From contig OZ241322.1 of the NCBI GenBank assembly GCA_965199715.1, positions 992,001-1,056,000 of the forward strand: a DNA stretch of 64,000 nucleotides. The letters are read 5' to 3'. This DNA comes from Vicinamibacteria bacterium. Lineage in GTDB: Bacteria > Acidobacteriota > Vicinamibacteria > Marinacidobacterales > Marinacidobacteraceae. The notes beneath the pieces are model-generated. The model saw only the letters and a list, made by a program, of their open reading frames with translations. It had not been told where the DNA came from and did no database searches. Positions 46,855 to 56,616 of this stretch are shown here, piece after piece (within the stretch, counting starts at the first letter, position 1; each line of letters opens with the position of its first letter). The position numbers were made by a program, and so were the translations under genes.

Positions 46855-49199
46855 CCCCGCACGTCGAGCGAGCCGTCGGAGCCGACGAGGACCTCGATCG
46901 CACCCGCCCGGTCGGTCCGAAACGTCTGGACCCCGGCGCGTTCGAGCCGCTCCAGCACCGAGGGCGCGGGAAGCCGGCGGCGCGGGTCCTCGCGGGTCGA
47001 GACGAGCGCGAACCGGGGCGCGACCGCGTCGAGGAACGCGGGCGAGGTGGAGGAGCGGCTGCCGTGGTGGCCGACCTTGAGCACGTCGGCGCGGAGTTCG
47101 TCGCCGTAGCGCTCGAGCAGCAGCCGCTCGGTGGGTTCGCCGGCGTCGCCGGTGAGCAGCAGCTTGACCCCGGCGTACTCGACCATGAGCACGAGCGAAC
47201 CCTCGTTCGCGCCTTCGAGCGCCGCCGGCGGGTCGGCGAAGAGGACGTGGAACGAGGCCCCGCCGAACGCGAACCGCTCCCCGGTCCGCAGCAGCCTGGT
47301 CGGAACGCCCCGGCGCTCGAGGTCGCGGCGGAGGAAGCGGACCGCGGCGCGGTCGTCGGCCTCGAGCGCGGCGCCGGCCCAGAACGCCTCCGGCGCGAAC
47401 TCCCGGAAGAGCCCGGAGAAGCCGCCGATGTGATCGAGATCCCCGTGGGTCGCGACCGCGGCCCGGATCGGGAAGCCGCCGGCGGCGAGGAGGAACGGGA
47501 CGACCACGCGCTCGCCGGCGCTGTAACCGCCAAACGCGGCGCCGGCGTCCACGACCAGCGTCCCGCCGGCGGGCAGCCCGAGCACGACCGCGTCGCCCAT
47601 CCCGACGTCGAGAGCGGTCGCCCGGAGCGTCCCGTCCGGCGGGGCGGCGCGGGGGAGCAGGAGGACCGCGAGCCCGGCGAGCGCGAGGCCGGGAAGCCAC
47701 CGGAGGCGCCCGCGCACGAACACGACGGCGACCGCGAGGACGAGCCACGCGGCGAGGAAATCCCAGCCGGGGGCTGGAATTCCCGAGGTCGCGAGCGGCA
47801 GCGACGCGCCCCGTTCGCTGATCGCGACCAGCGCCCCGGCGGACCAGCCGGCGGAAGCGAGAAGCAGCGGTCCCACGAGCGGAACGCCGCCCAGCGCGAG
47901 CCAGCCGAAGCCGGTCGCGAGGATCGGCCCGGCGAGGAGCGTCGCCGGAACCGAGACCGGGATCGCCGCGAGCACGACCCGGTGGAAGCGCCACGCCAGC
48001 ACCGGAAAGGCCCCGAGCTGCGCGGCCAGCGTGACCGCGACGAGGCCAAGCGCCCAGGCGCGGACTCGCCCGGGGTCCCAGGACTCGGCGGCGCGATCGC
48101 GCCGTCCGAGCACGGCGACGATCGCGAGCGTGGCCGCGAAACTGAGCTGGAAGCCGACGTCCAGCGCGTTCCACGGGTTCCAGCCGAGGAGCAGGAGGCC
48201 GGCGAGGCCGATCCCGTTGAGCGCCGAACCGGCGATTCCGAGCCGGATCGCGAGGATGACCGCCGCCGCCATGAGCGCGGCGCGCAGCACCGAGGGGCTT
48301 CCGCCCGACAGCGCGACGTAGATCGGAAGCGCGGCCAGCACCCACGCGAGGGCGGCGCTCCGGCGGACGCCGAAGAACGCGAGCAGGCCGTAGAGCATGA
48401 GGCTCACGACCCCGACGTGAAGGCCGCTGACGGCCATGACGTGCAGGGTTCCGGCGTCGCGGAAGGAGCGGATCACCCCGCCGTCGGCGAGGGCGCGGTC
48501 GCCGATCAGGATCGCGACCATGACCGCGACCGCCTCGGGTTCCAGCCCGGACCGCTCCCAGCGTTCGCGGACGGCGAGCCGCAGCCGGCGGATCAAGCGG
48601 AAGAACGGCGAGGCCGGGTCGATCTCCCGGACCAGCAGCGCGCTCTTCGTCCCCCCGAAGGCGCCGAGCGGGCCGCTCGCGTCCCGGCCGCCGGGGTTGC
48701 TCGAGGGCCGGGGCAGCGAGGCCCGCGTCCAGACCTCGATCCGGGAGCCCCGGGCGAGCCGGTGGAGCGCCTCGCGGCCGTCGCCCTCGACGCGGACGCC
48801 CGCGAGGCCGGGCGCGTCCCAACGCCGGCGGTTCGCGGAGACGGACTCGACCCGAAGCCGGAGTTCGGTCCGGTCGGCGTACTCCGAAGGCGAGCGGACG
48901 AGCCGTCCCTCGAGCCGGACCGGGCGGCGCAGCCGCTCCCCGCCCAGTTCCCGGAGGACGCCGGCGAGCGGTCCCTCGGACGCCGGGGTCGGACGGCTGG
49001 CGGCGCCCGCGGCGAAGGCGGCGAGCAGCAGCAGGAGGGTCCCCGTCCGTTCGCGACCGAACCGGACGCACATCCCGACGAGGAGGGCGGCGGCGAGCGC
49101 CGCCCACGCTGCCCCCGGGACCGGGCGCTCGGGAAGCGCGATCCCGACGAAGAACGCGGCGGCGAGCGCGAGGAGCGGCGCGGCCCGGAGTCCGGCCAA
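46845..49199 (-). CDS. comEC: DNA internalization competence protein ComEC/Rec2
   Basis: HVMAVSGLHV, SVLRA, GFQLSF, DVGMGDA, THGDLDHIGG, KVGHHGS. Confidence 0.93.
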   Translation of the reverse strand: MAGLRAAPLLALAAAFFVGIALPERPVPGAAWAALAAALLVGMCVRFGRERTGTLLLLLAAFAAGAASRPTPASEGPLAGVLRELGGERLRRPVRLEGRLVRSPSEYADRTELRLRVESVSANRRRWDAPGLAGVRVEGDGREALHRLARGSRIEVWTRASLPRPSSNPGGRDASGPLGAFGGTKSALLVREIDPASPFFRLIRRLRLAVRERWERSGLEPEAVAVMVAILIGDRALADGGVIRSFRDAGTLHVMAVSGLHVGVVSLMLYGLLAFFGVRRSAALAWVLAALPIYVALSGGSPSVLRAALMAAAVILAIRLGIAGSALNGIGLAGLLLLGWNPWNALDVGFQLSFAATLAIVAVLGRRDRAAESWDPGRVRAWALGLVAVTLAAQLGAFPVLAWRFHRVVLAAIPVSVPATLLAGPILATGFGWLALGGVPLVGPLLLASAGWSAGALVAISERGASLPLATSGIPAPGWDFLAAWLVLAVAVVFVRGRLRWLPGLALAGLAVLLLPRAAPPDGTLRATALDVGMGDAVVLGLPAGGTLVVDAGAAFGGYSAGERVVVPFLLAAGGFPIRAAVATHGDLDHIGGFSGLFREFAPEAFWAGAALEADDRAAVRFLRRDLERRGVPTRLLRTGERFAFGGASFHVLFADPPAALEGANEGSLVLMVEYAGVKLLLTGDAGEPTERLLLERYGDELRADVLKVGHHGSRSSTSPAFLDAVAPRFALVSTREDPRRRLPAPSVLERLERAGVQTFRTDRAGAIEVLVGSDGSLDVRGYR

Positions 49200-49203
49200 G
49201 GGC

Positions 49204-49704
49204 TCAGGAAACGGGCAGGCCGAGCGCCCGCGCCGCCTCGCGGCGGGAAGCGTCGCGCTTCAGCCGCTCGAAGGCGTCCGCCGGCATCCGCGACCGGTAT
49301 CCCTCGAGCGAGCGCGCCGCCCCGGCGGAGTGCGGGAGGGCGTCGAGGAAGGCGCGGAAGGCTCCGGAGTCGCCGGCCTCGAGCCGCTCGGCGGCCGTCC
49401 CGGCGCCCTCGAGGAGCCGCTCCCGAAGATCCGCCGGGAGGTCGGCAGGCGGCTCCCACTCCCGAAGGCGGCGCGGCAGCGGCGCCGGCCCCGCCTTGGC
49501 CGCCGCTCGGACGTGCGCGGCGCAATGGCGCAGGCCCCGGCGGCGGCCGCCGGCGGCGAGCGCCCGCCGGATTCCGGCGACCGCGGCTTCGAGCGGAACT
49601 CCCTCGGACTCCCAGCCGCGGGCGACCTCCCAGTCGGCGGGCGCGAGGAAGGGACCGCCGCCCTCGGAGACGAAGACCCGCTCGATCTCGCGCAGGTAGT
49701 CCAC
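49204..49704 (-). CDS. Conserved hypothetical protein
   Basis: YLREIERVF...LAPADW...W..EGVPLEAAVAGI; fills the gap between birA and comEC. Confidence 0.6.
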   Translation of the reverse strand: MDYLREIERVFVSEGGGPFLAPADWEVARGWESEGVPLEAAVAGIRRALAAGGRRRGLRHCAAHVRAAAKAGPAPLPRRLREWEPPADLPADLRERLLEGAGTAAERLEAGDSGAFRAFLDALPHSAGAARSLEGYRSRMPADAFERLKRDASRREAARALGLPVS

Positions 49705-49712
49705 GGCCGCCG

Positions 49713-50480
49713 TCAGACGGCGCGATGGCGGATGACCACCGCGTCGCTCGCGTGGACGATCCGGACGCTGCCCCCGGCGCGCACCCGGATGGCCCCGGTC
49801 CGGTCGAGGCCGACCGTCTCGCCGACGAGCTCGACGCCGTCCCGCAGGCGCACCGCGCACCGGCAGCCGCGCCCGCTCGGGCTGAGCCGGTCCCAACGCG
49901 CCGCGATGTCCCCGGCGGAGAGCCGCCGCGTCCGCTCGAACGCGCGGAAGATGGCCGCCGCCGCCGCTTCCCGGCTGACGTCGCCGGGCAGCGCGTCGGG
50001 CGGAATCCGGGCGTCCGCGACCGGCGGCGGCCGGCCGACGTTGATCCCGAAACCGGCGACCGCGAGCTCGGGGCGGCCGGGAGCGAACCCCGCTTCGACG
50101 AGGACTCCGCCCACCTTGCCGCGCGCTCCGTCGAGGTCGTTCGGCCAGCGCAGCGAGACCGGCGTCCCCGAGACCTCCCGCAGCGCTTCGGCCGCGGCCA
50201 CGCCGGCGGCGATGGGGACGAGGCCGAGCCGGACCGGATCGTCGGGCGCATCCAGCGCGAAGAGGATCGAGACGTAGATCCCGCCCGGCGGGGAGGCCCA
50301 GACCCGTTCGCCCCGCCCGCGGCCGCCGGTCTGCTCGTCGGCGACGAAGACGCCGCTGACGGCCCCGACCTCGCGCGCCAGCTCCTTCGCGAGCGCGTTC
50401 GTGGAGCGCACCCGGTCCCGCGCCACGATCAGCGGCGGGCGGCCGCCGAGGAACGCGGCCGCGAGGCGTTCTCCGTTCAC
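49713..50480 (-). CDS. birA: Biotin--protein ligase (no HTH)
   Basis: STN, QTGGRGRGERVW, RWPND, KVGGVLVE, GFGINV. Confidence 0.92.
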   Translation of the reverse strand: MNGERLAAAFLGGRPPLIVARDRVRSTNALAKELAREVGAVSGVFVADEQTGGRGRGERVWASPPGGIYVSILFALDAPDDPVRLGLVPIAAGVAAAEALREVSGTPVSLRWPNDLDGARGKVGGVLVEAGFAPGRPELAVAGFGINVGRPPPVADARIPPDALPGDVSREAAAAAIFRAFERTRRLSAGDIAARWDRLSPSGRGCRCAVRLRDGVELVGETVGLDRTGAIRVRAGGSVRIVHASDAVVIRHRAV

Positions 50481-50908
50481 CAGCGATCGTCCCCCCGTTC
50501 CTTCCGCAAACGACGCAGGCGCTCCCGCAGTTCGGAGGCGATCGCGGCCATGGGGCTCCCCGGGCCGAACACCTGCGCGACGCCCAGCTCCCGCAGCGCC
50601 GGGAGGTCGCGTTCGGGGATGAGGCCGCCGACGAAGACCGGGACGTCGTCGAGCCCCCGTTCGCGGAGCTGGCTCATCAGCCGGGCGAGGAGCGGCAGGT
50701 GCGCGCCCGAGAGGATGGACACGCCGACCGCCTCCACGTCCTCCTGCGCGGCGGCCTCCGCGATCTCCGCCGGACTGCGGCGCAGCCCGGTGTAGATGAC
50801 CTCGAAGCCCTCGTCCCGCAGCGACCGGGCGACCAGGAGCGCCCCCCGGTCGTGCCCGTCGAGCCCGGGCTTGCCGATGAGGATCCGGAACGGAGGCTCC
50901 GCGCTCAC
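50477..50908 (-). CDS. Stand-alone acyl-CoA mutase cobalamin-binding subunit
   Basis: KPGLDGHDRG (DxHxxG), GVSILSGAH, VGGLIP. Confidence 0.9.
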   Translation of the reverse strand: MSAEPPFRILIGKPGLDGHDRGALLVARSLRDEGFEVIYTGLRRSPAEIAEAAAQEDVEAVGVSILSGAHLPLLARLMSQLRERGLDDVPVFVGGLIPERDLPALRELGVAQVFGPGSPMAAIASELRERLRRLRKERGDDRW

Positions 50909-53900
50909 ATCGCCCGCCGGTACCGGCCGCCGACCTCGTGGAGGGCGCGGGTCACCTGGCCGAGGCTCGCGACCTCGACCGTGCGCATCAACTCCTCGAA
51001 GACGTTGCCGCCCGAACGCGCCACGTCCTTCAGGCGGGCCAGCGCCGCCGGGGCCGCGTCCCGGTGCCGCGACTGGAACTCCTCGACGCGCCGCACCCGC
51101 TCCTCCTTCTCGTCGTCGGTCGCGCGCGAGAGCGGGTGGGCGACTTGGGCCGCCTCGCCGGGGGCGCGGAACGTGTTCACCCCGATGATCGGGATCTCGC
51201 CGGAGTCCTTCTTCATCTCGTGCAGGATGGACTCTTCCTGGATGCGGTTGCGCTGGTACTGCCGCTCCATCGCGGCGAGGACGCCGCCCCGCGCCTGGAG
51301 CCGGTCGAACTCGACGAGCACGGCCTCCTCGACGAGGTCGGTGAGCTCCCTGAGGATGAACGAGCCGGAGAGCGGGTTCTCGTTCCACGCGAGGCCGAAC
51401 TCGGCGGTCAGGATCTTCTGGATGGCGATGGCGCGGCGGACCGACGCCTCGGTGGGCGTGGTGATCGCCTCGTCGAAGGCGTTCGTGTGGAGCGAGTTGC
51501 AGCTGTCGTTGATCGCCAGCAGCGCCTGGAGCGTGGTCCGGATGTCGTTGAACTGGACTTCCTGCGCGTGCAGCGACCGGCCCGAGGTCTGGATGTGGAC
51601 CTTGAACTTCTGGCTGCGCTCGGAGGCCCCGTAGCGCAGCTTCATGGCGCGCGCCCAGATCCGCCGCGCCACCCGCGCCATGACCGCGTACTCGGCGTCG
51701 AGGCCGTTGCTGAAGAAGAACGAGAGGTTCCTCGCGAAATCGTCCACCGGGAAGCCCCGGGCGCGGTAGCACTCGACGTACGTGAACGCGTTCGCGAGGG
51801 TGAAGGCGAGCTGGGTGATCGGGTTCGCCCCGGCTTCGGCGATGTGGTACCCCGAGATCGAGACCGAGTAGAAGTTCCGCACGCGCCGGCGGATGAACTG
51901 CTCCTGCACGTCGCCCATCAGCCGGATGGCGAAGGGCACCGAGAAGATGCAGGTGTTCTGCGCCTGATCCTCCTTCAGGATGTCGGCCTGCACCGTGCCC
52001 CGGACGGTCGCGAGCGTCCGCCCGGCGATCTCCTCGCGCTCCGCCGCGCCCGGTTCGCGGCCGGTCTCTTCGGAGAAGCGCGCGACCTCCTGGCGGATCG
52101 CGGCGTTCAGGAACATCGCGAGGATCGCCGGCGCCGGACCGTTGATCGTCATCGAGACGCTCGTCGCGGGATCCGCGAGGCGGAAACCCGAGAACAGCGC
52201 CTCCATGTCCTCGACGGTCGCGATGGACACCCCGCCCTCGCCGATCTTCCCGAAGACGTCCGGGCGGCGAGCCGGATCCTCGCCGTACAGCGTCACGCTG
52301 TCGAAGGCGGTCGAAAGCCGCGTGCTCCCGTCGGCCTCGGTCAGGAGCCGGAACCGGCGGTTCGTCCGGTCGGGGCCCCCCTCGCCCGCGAACTGGCGGC
52401 GCGGGTTCTCCTCGTCGCGGCGGAACGGAAACACCCCCGCGGTGAACGGGTAGCGTCCGGGCAGGTTCTCCTCCAGCAGGAAGCGCAGCGTGTCGGCCGA
52501 CGACGCGAACCGGGGCAGCGCGACCCGCGGGATCCGGGTTCCGGAGGGGGTCTCCCGGAACGTCGCGACCTCGCGCTCGCCGCCGCGCACCCGGAACGAG
52601 ACGGCGTCCCGGCGGTACGCCCGACTCCGCTCCGGCCAGTCGTGGAGGAGTTCCCGGCTGTCCTCGTCGAGCGCGGAGCGGGCCGCCTCGAGCCGCTCGC
52701 CGAGCGCCCGGCGGACTTCGGGTTCGTCGCCGAACTCGCCGAGGACTCCCTCGAGCCGCTCGACGCGCGCGGCGCGCGCGGCCTGCTGGTCCACCCGGTT
52801 CCGTTCGGCGCGCAGCGTCTCGGCGATCTCGGCGAGGTACGCGCTGCGCGCCGGCGGCAGGAGGCGTGTCCGGACGAGGTCGCGGCGCGGCGCGGCCGGC
52901 TCCGGAATCGCGCCGTCGAGCCCGCCCCGGACCAGCCGGAACAGCTCGTCCACGCCCTCGTCTCCGACGCGGCTCGCGACGGTGGGCACGACCGGGACCG
53001 CCGCCGTTCGGGGAAGCCCGCGCGCCCGCTGGAACGCCCGGCGGACTCCGAGCGCCGCGTCCTCGGCGTCGGGGCGGTCCGCCTTGTTCACCGCGACCAT
53101 GTCGGCGAGGTCCAGCATGTCGATCTTCTCGAGCTGGCTGTCCGCCCCGTACTCCCCGGTCATGACGTAGAGCGCCACGTCGGACACGTCCACCACCGCC
53201 GAATCGCCCTGGCCGATTCCGCCGGTCTCCACGATCACGAGATCGCAGCCCGAAGCCCGGTACGCGACGATCGCGTCCTCGATCACCGAGGCCAGCTCGC
53301 TCCCCGAGCGGCGGGTGGCGAGGCTGCGGACGAAGACTTCCGGCCCCTCGACGGCGTTCAGCCGGATGCGGTCCCCGAGCAGCGCCCCGCCGGTGACCCG
53401 CTTCGTGGGGTCCACCGCGAGGACGCCGATGCGCAGGCCGGGCCGGTCGGCGCGGAAGCGCAGCACGAGCTCGTCCAGCACCGAGCTCTTCCCGGCGCCG
53501 CCGGGCCCGGTGATCCCGAGCGTCGGCGCGCGCCGGTCCGCCCGCTCGCGCAGCGCCGCCCGGTCGGCGCCGGACAGGCCCCGGGTCTCGGCGAGGGTGA
53601 TCAGCCGGGCGACCGCCGCCGGGTCGGGAAGCCTCGCCACCAGCGCCTCGAAGGAGTCCTCCTCGCGTCCCCGGCGCCCCTCGCCGGCGGCGCGGATCAT
53701 GTCCTCGATCACCTCGTTCAGGCCGAGCCCGTCCTCGGGGGAGTAGATGCGGGCGACCCCGTAGTCCTGAAGCGCCGCGCCCTCCTCGGGACGGATGACC
53801 CCGCCGCCGCCGCCGAACACCCGGACGTGGCCTCCGCCGCCGCCCCGCAGCAGGTCCACGAGGTAGCGGAAGAACTCGTTGTGGCCGCCCTGGTAGGAGG

Positions 53901-54147
53901 ACACCGCGACCGCGTCGGCGTCCTCCTCGATCGCGGCGGACGCGATCTCCGCCGCGGACCGGTTGTGGCCGAGGTGGACCACCTCCGCGCCCGCCCGCTG
54001 GATCAGCCGGCGGAAGACGTGGATCGAGGCGTCGTGACCGTCGAAGAGCGCGGTCGCGGTCACGAACCGCAGCGGCGCCCGGAGGTCGGCCTCCAAGTCC
54101 CGGCCGGACCCGATCCCCCGCGTCGTGAGACCCACGGGCACGGTCAA
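50905..54147 (-). CDS. icmF: Fused isobutyryl-CoA mutase/GTPase chaperone
   Basis: FDGHDAS B12 domain, GPGGAGKSS..LLGDRIR..ETGGIGQ MeaB-like GTPase, RQFAGEG, QADILKEDQAQNTCIFS mutase. Confidence 0.93.
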   Translation of the reverse strand: MTVPVGLTTRGIGSGRDLEADLRAPLRFVTATALFDGHDASIHVFRRLIQRAGAEVVHLGHNRSAAEIASAAIEEDADAVAVSSYQGGHNEFFRYLVDLLRGGGGGHVRVFGGGGGVIRPEEGAALQDYGVARIYSPEDGLGLNEVIEDMIRAAGEGRRGREEDSFEALVARLPDPAAVARLITLAETRGLSGADRAALRERADRRAPTLGITGPGGAGKSSVLDELVLRFRADRPGLRIGVLAVDPTKRVTGGALLGDRIRLNAVEGPEVFVRSLATRRSGSELASVIEDAIVAYRASGCDLVIVETGGIGQGDSAVVDVSDVALYVMTGEYGADSQLEKIDMLDLADMVAVNKADRPDAEDAALGVRRAFQRARGLPRTAAVPVVPTVASRVGDEGVDELFRLVRGGLDGAIPEPAAPRRDLVRTRLLPPARSAYLAEIAETLRAERNRVDQQAARAARVERLEGVLGEFGDEPEVRRALGERLEAARSALDEDSRELLHDWPERSRAYRRDAVSFRVRGGEREVATFRETPSGTRIPRVALPRFASSADTLRFLLEENLPGRYPFTAGVFPFRRDEENPRRQFAGEGGPDRTNRRFRLLTEADGSTRLSTAFDSVTLYGEDPARRPDVFGKIGEGGVSIATVEDMEALFSGFRLADPATSVSMTINGPAPAILAMFLNAAIRQEVARFSEETGREPGAAEREEIAGRTLATVRGTVQADILKEDQAQNTCIFSVPFAIRLMGDVQEQFIRRRVRNFYSVSISGYHIAEAGANPITQLAFTLANAFTYVECYRARGFPVDDFARNLSFFFSNGLDAEYAVMARVARRIWARAMKLRYGASERSQKFKVHIQTSGRSLHAQEVQFNDIRTTLQALLAINDSCNSLHTNAFDEAITTPTEASVRRAIAIQKILTAEFGLAWNENPLSGSFILRELTDLVEEAVLVEFDRLQARGGVLAAMERQYQRNRIQEESILHEMKKDSGEIPIIGVNTFRAPGEAAQVAHPLSRATDDEKEERVRRVEEFQSRHRDAAPAALARLKDVARSGGNVFEELMRTVEVASLGQVTRALHEVGGRYRRAM

Positions 54148-54428
54148 TCCTCCCCGGAGTTCACCCGGTCCCGCAGCGCCCTGCCGGGGCGGAAGAAGGG
54201 GATGCTCCGCTCCCGCACCTCGACCGACTCGCCGGTGCGCGGGTTGCGGGCGCGATGGGCCCGGCGCGTCCGCAGCCGAAAACTCCCGAACCCGCGGATC
54301 TCCACTTCCTCGCCGGAGCGAAGCGCCTCGCCCATCGCGGCGAAGACGGTCTCGACGATCCGGTCGGCGTCCCGGCGGCTCACTCCGGAGGAGGCGGCGA
54401 CCTCCGCCGCGAGGCGGGCGCGGGTCAT
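54144..54428 (-). CDS. ihfB: Integration host factor beta/HU family protein
   Basis: VEIRGFGSF, ARNPRTGE, PFFRPG; follows rpsA. Confidence 0.82.
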   Translation of the reverse strand: MTRARLAAEVAASSGVSRRDADRIVETVFAAMGEALRSGEEVEIRGFGSFRLRTRRAHRARNPRTGESVEVRERSIPFFRPGRALRDRVNSGED

Positions 54429-54442
54429 GACCGGGGACCGGG

Positions 54443-56338
54443 TCACCGCTTCCAGATGTCTCCGATCTTCACCGAACCCATGGAGGAGCTGGAATCGGCG
54501 GGGCGCCGATCGTCGTCCACGGCGCGAAGCGAGAGGCCGACCTTGCGGTCGTCGCGGCTGAGCCGAACGATGCGCAGGCGCAGCGGCTGCCCGAGGTGCA
54601 GCCCGTCCTCCGCCTTGCTCGGCGGCGGCTCGCTGATCTCGTTGAGCCGGAGGAGGCCCTGGATGCCCTCCTCGATCTCGATGAAGGCCCCGAAGTCCGC
54701 GAACCGGACGACGGTGCCGTCCACGAGGTCGCCTTCCTGGTGCCGGCTGAAGAAGCCCTCCCAGGCGTCCTCGGACAACTGCTTCAGGCCGAGCGAGAGA
54801 CGGCGGTTCTCGGGGTCGATCGAAAGCACGACGGTCTCGATCTCGTCGGCGACCTTGAGGACCTCCGACGGGTGCCCGACGCGCTTGTTCCAGCTCATGT
54901 CGGAAATGTGGATGAGCCCGTCGATCGAGGAGTCCACCTCGACGAAGGCGCCGAAGTCGGTGAACTTGCGAACCACGCCCTTGAGCCGCGATCCGATGGG
55001 ATAGCGCTCGGCGAGGCGGGGCCACGGGTTCGGCTCGACCTGCTTCAGCCCGAGGCTGATCCGCCGCGACTTGAAGTCGCGCCGGAGCACCATGGCCTCG
55101 ACGTAGTCGCCCTTGGCGAGCAGCTTGGAGGGGTGCTTGCTGCGGCTGCTCCAGCTCATCTCGCTGACGTGGATCAGCCCCTCGATGCCCGGCTCCATCT
55201 CGATGAAGGCGCCGTAGTCGGTGAGGCTCACCACCTTGCCCCGGACCCGCGTCCCGACGTCGTACCGCTCGTGGGCGGTCGTCCACGGATCCACGTTCAA
55301 CTGCTTGTAGCCGAGCGAGACGCGCTCGGCCTCGGCGTCGAACCGGAGGATGACGACCTCGATCTGGTCGCCCGGCTTCATCAGCTCGGACGGATGCTCG
55401 AGCCGCCGGAAGGACATCTCGCGGATGTGCAGCAGGCCGCAGATGCCGCCGATGTCCACGAACGCGCCGTAGTCGGTGAGGTCGCGGACCTCGCCCCGGA
55501 ACACCCGGCCCACCTCGAGGGCGGTCAGCGTCTTCTGCTTCTCCTCCTCGAGCAGGACCCGGCGGGAAAGCACGATGTTGCCGCGGCGCTTGTTGAGCTT
55601 GATGACCCGCAGGTCGAGGTCGCGCCCCTTGTAGCTGCCGAGGTTCCGCACCGGGCGGAGGTCCACCTGCGAGCCGGGCAGGAAGCCGCGGACGCCGATG
55701 TCGCCGATCTCGACCTCGAGGCCGCCGCGGATCCGCTCCACGACCCGCGCCCGGACCGGGATCTGGTTCTCGAAGGCGTCCTCGATCTGGTTCCAGACCT
55801 TCATCTTCTCGGCCTTGCGGTGCGAGAGGACGATGTGGCCGCGCTTGGTGTCGGCCCGCTGCACGAGGACGTCGATCTCGTCGCCCTGCTGGACCCGGAC
55901 GTTGCCGTCCATGTCGCGGAATTCCTCGAGCTGGATCATCCCCTCCGACTTGTGGCCGACGTCGACGATCACGTCGTTGTCGCCCATCTGGAGGACGGTG
56001 CCGCTGACGATCTCTCCCTCGTCGAACTCGGGGTCGAACTCGGACTCGAGGAAGTTCGCGAACTCGGCCGCGTCGGCGTCCTTCGGGTCGAGGGATTCCG
56101 GATCGAGGGATTCCGGGTCGAGAGCCTCCGAGTCGAGAGCCTCCAAGTCGAGGGCCTCCGAGTCGAGGGCCTCCGAGTCGAGGGCCTCCGAGTCGAGGGC
56201 CTCCGGGGCGGCGGCGGCGCCGCCGCCGTCGAGCGGGGACGGCTCTTCGGCCTCCGCAACCGCGGCGGGAGCCGGGATCTCGGGCGCCGCGGTCGCGACG
56301 CCCTCCTCTTGGGTGGTTTCGGGCACGCGCAGCCTCAT
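54443..56338 (-). CDS. rpsA: 30S ribosomal protein S1 with acidic N-terminal extension
   Basis: Tandem S1 domains (GFLPGSQVD, DYGAFV, GLIHVSEMSW, RISLGLKQ). Confidence 0.96.
   Translation of the reverse strand: MRLRVPETTQEEGVATAAPEIPAPAAVAEAEEPSPLDGGGAAAAPEALDSEALDSEALDSEALDLEALDSEALDPESLDPESLDPKDADAAEFANFLESEFDPEFDEGEIVSGTVLQMGDNDVIVDVGHKSEGMIQLEEFRDMDGNVRVQQGDEIDVLVQRADTKRGHIVLSHRKAEKMKVWNQIEDAFENQIPVRARVVERIRGGLEVEIGDIGVRGFLPGSQVDLRPVRNLGSYKGRDLDLRVIKLNKRRGNIVLSRRVLLEEEKQKTLTALEVGRVFRGEVRDLTDYGAFVDIGGICGLLHIREMSFRRLEHPSELMKPGDQIEVVILRFDAEAERVSLGYKQLNVDPWTTAHERYDVGTRVRGKVVSLTDYGAFIEMEPGIEGLIHVSEMSWSSRSKHPSKLLAKGDYVEAMVLRRDFKSRRISLGLKQVEPNPWPRLAERYPIGSRLKGVVRKFTDFGAFVEVDSSIDGLIHISDMSWNKRVGHPSEVLKVADEIETVVLSIDPENRRLSLGLKQLSEDAWEGFFSRHQEGDLVDGTVVRFADFGAFIEIEEGIQGLLRLNEISEPPPSKAEDGLHLGQPLRLRIVRLSRDDRKVGLSLRAVDDDRRPADSSSSMGSVKIGDIWKR
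56085..56204 (-). repeat. Eight tandem 15-nt repeats encoding E(A/S)LD(S/L/P)
   Basis: EALDS-EALDS-EALDS-EALDL-EALDS-EALDP-ESLDP-ESLDP in the rpsA N-terminus. Confidence 0.9.
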
Positions 56339-56616
56339 GGACGATGTTTGGGAAAAACCTCTTTGCGGGGGAGGCGCCGATAGCGCCGGCCTCGTCCCCT
56401 CTCTCCGTCCGCCGGCTGATAACGCATGGTTCCGCTGCGGCGGGGAGGGAGCATGGTATGCCGCCCGCCGTTTGGCGTCAACGAAGGCTCCGGGGCCGGG
56501 TGGTAAGATTTCGGGCCGCGCGCTGTCCGGTCAGCGCGCGTCCCCCGGTTCCCGGAGACCGATCCGGCGCCCGGGGACGACTCGCCGAGGAAGGCTCGCT
56601 CACGGTTCACGCATCC

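Noticed and set aside
45936-50795. 1619-aa plus-strand ORF, and similar giant ORFs at 14346-17558, 19928-23272, 24513-28499 and 50938-54561
   Set aside because: Shadow frames overlapping well-supported genes, mostly antisense; Arg/Gly/Ala-rich with no motifs, as expected from stop-codon scarcity at high GC
56085-56204. Tandem repeats as a CRISPR array
   Set aside because: 15-nt head-to-tail units without spacers, in frame within rpsA, and no cas genes
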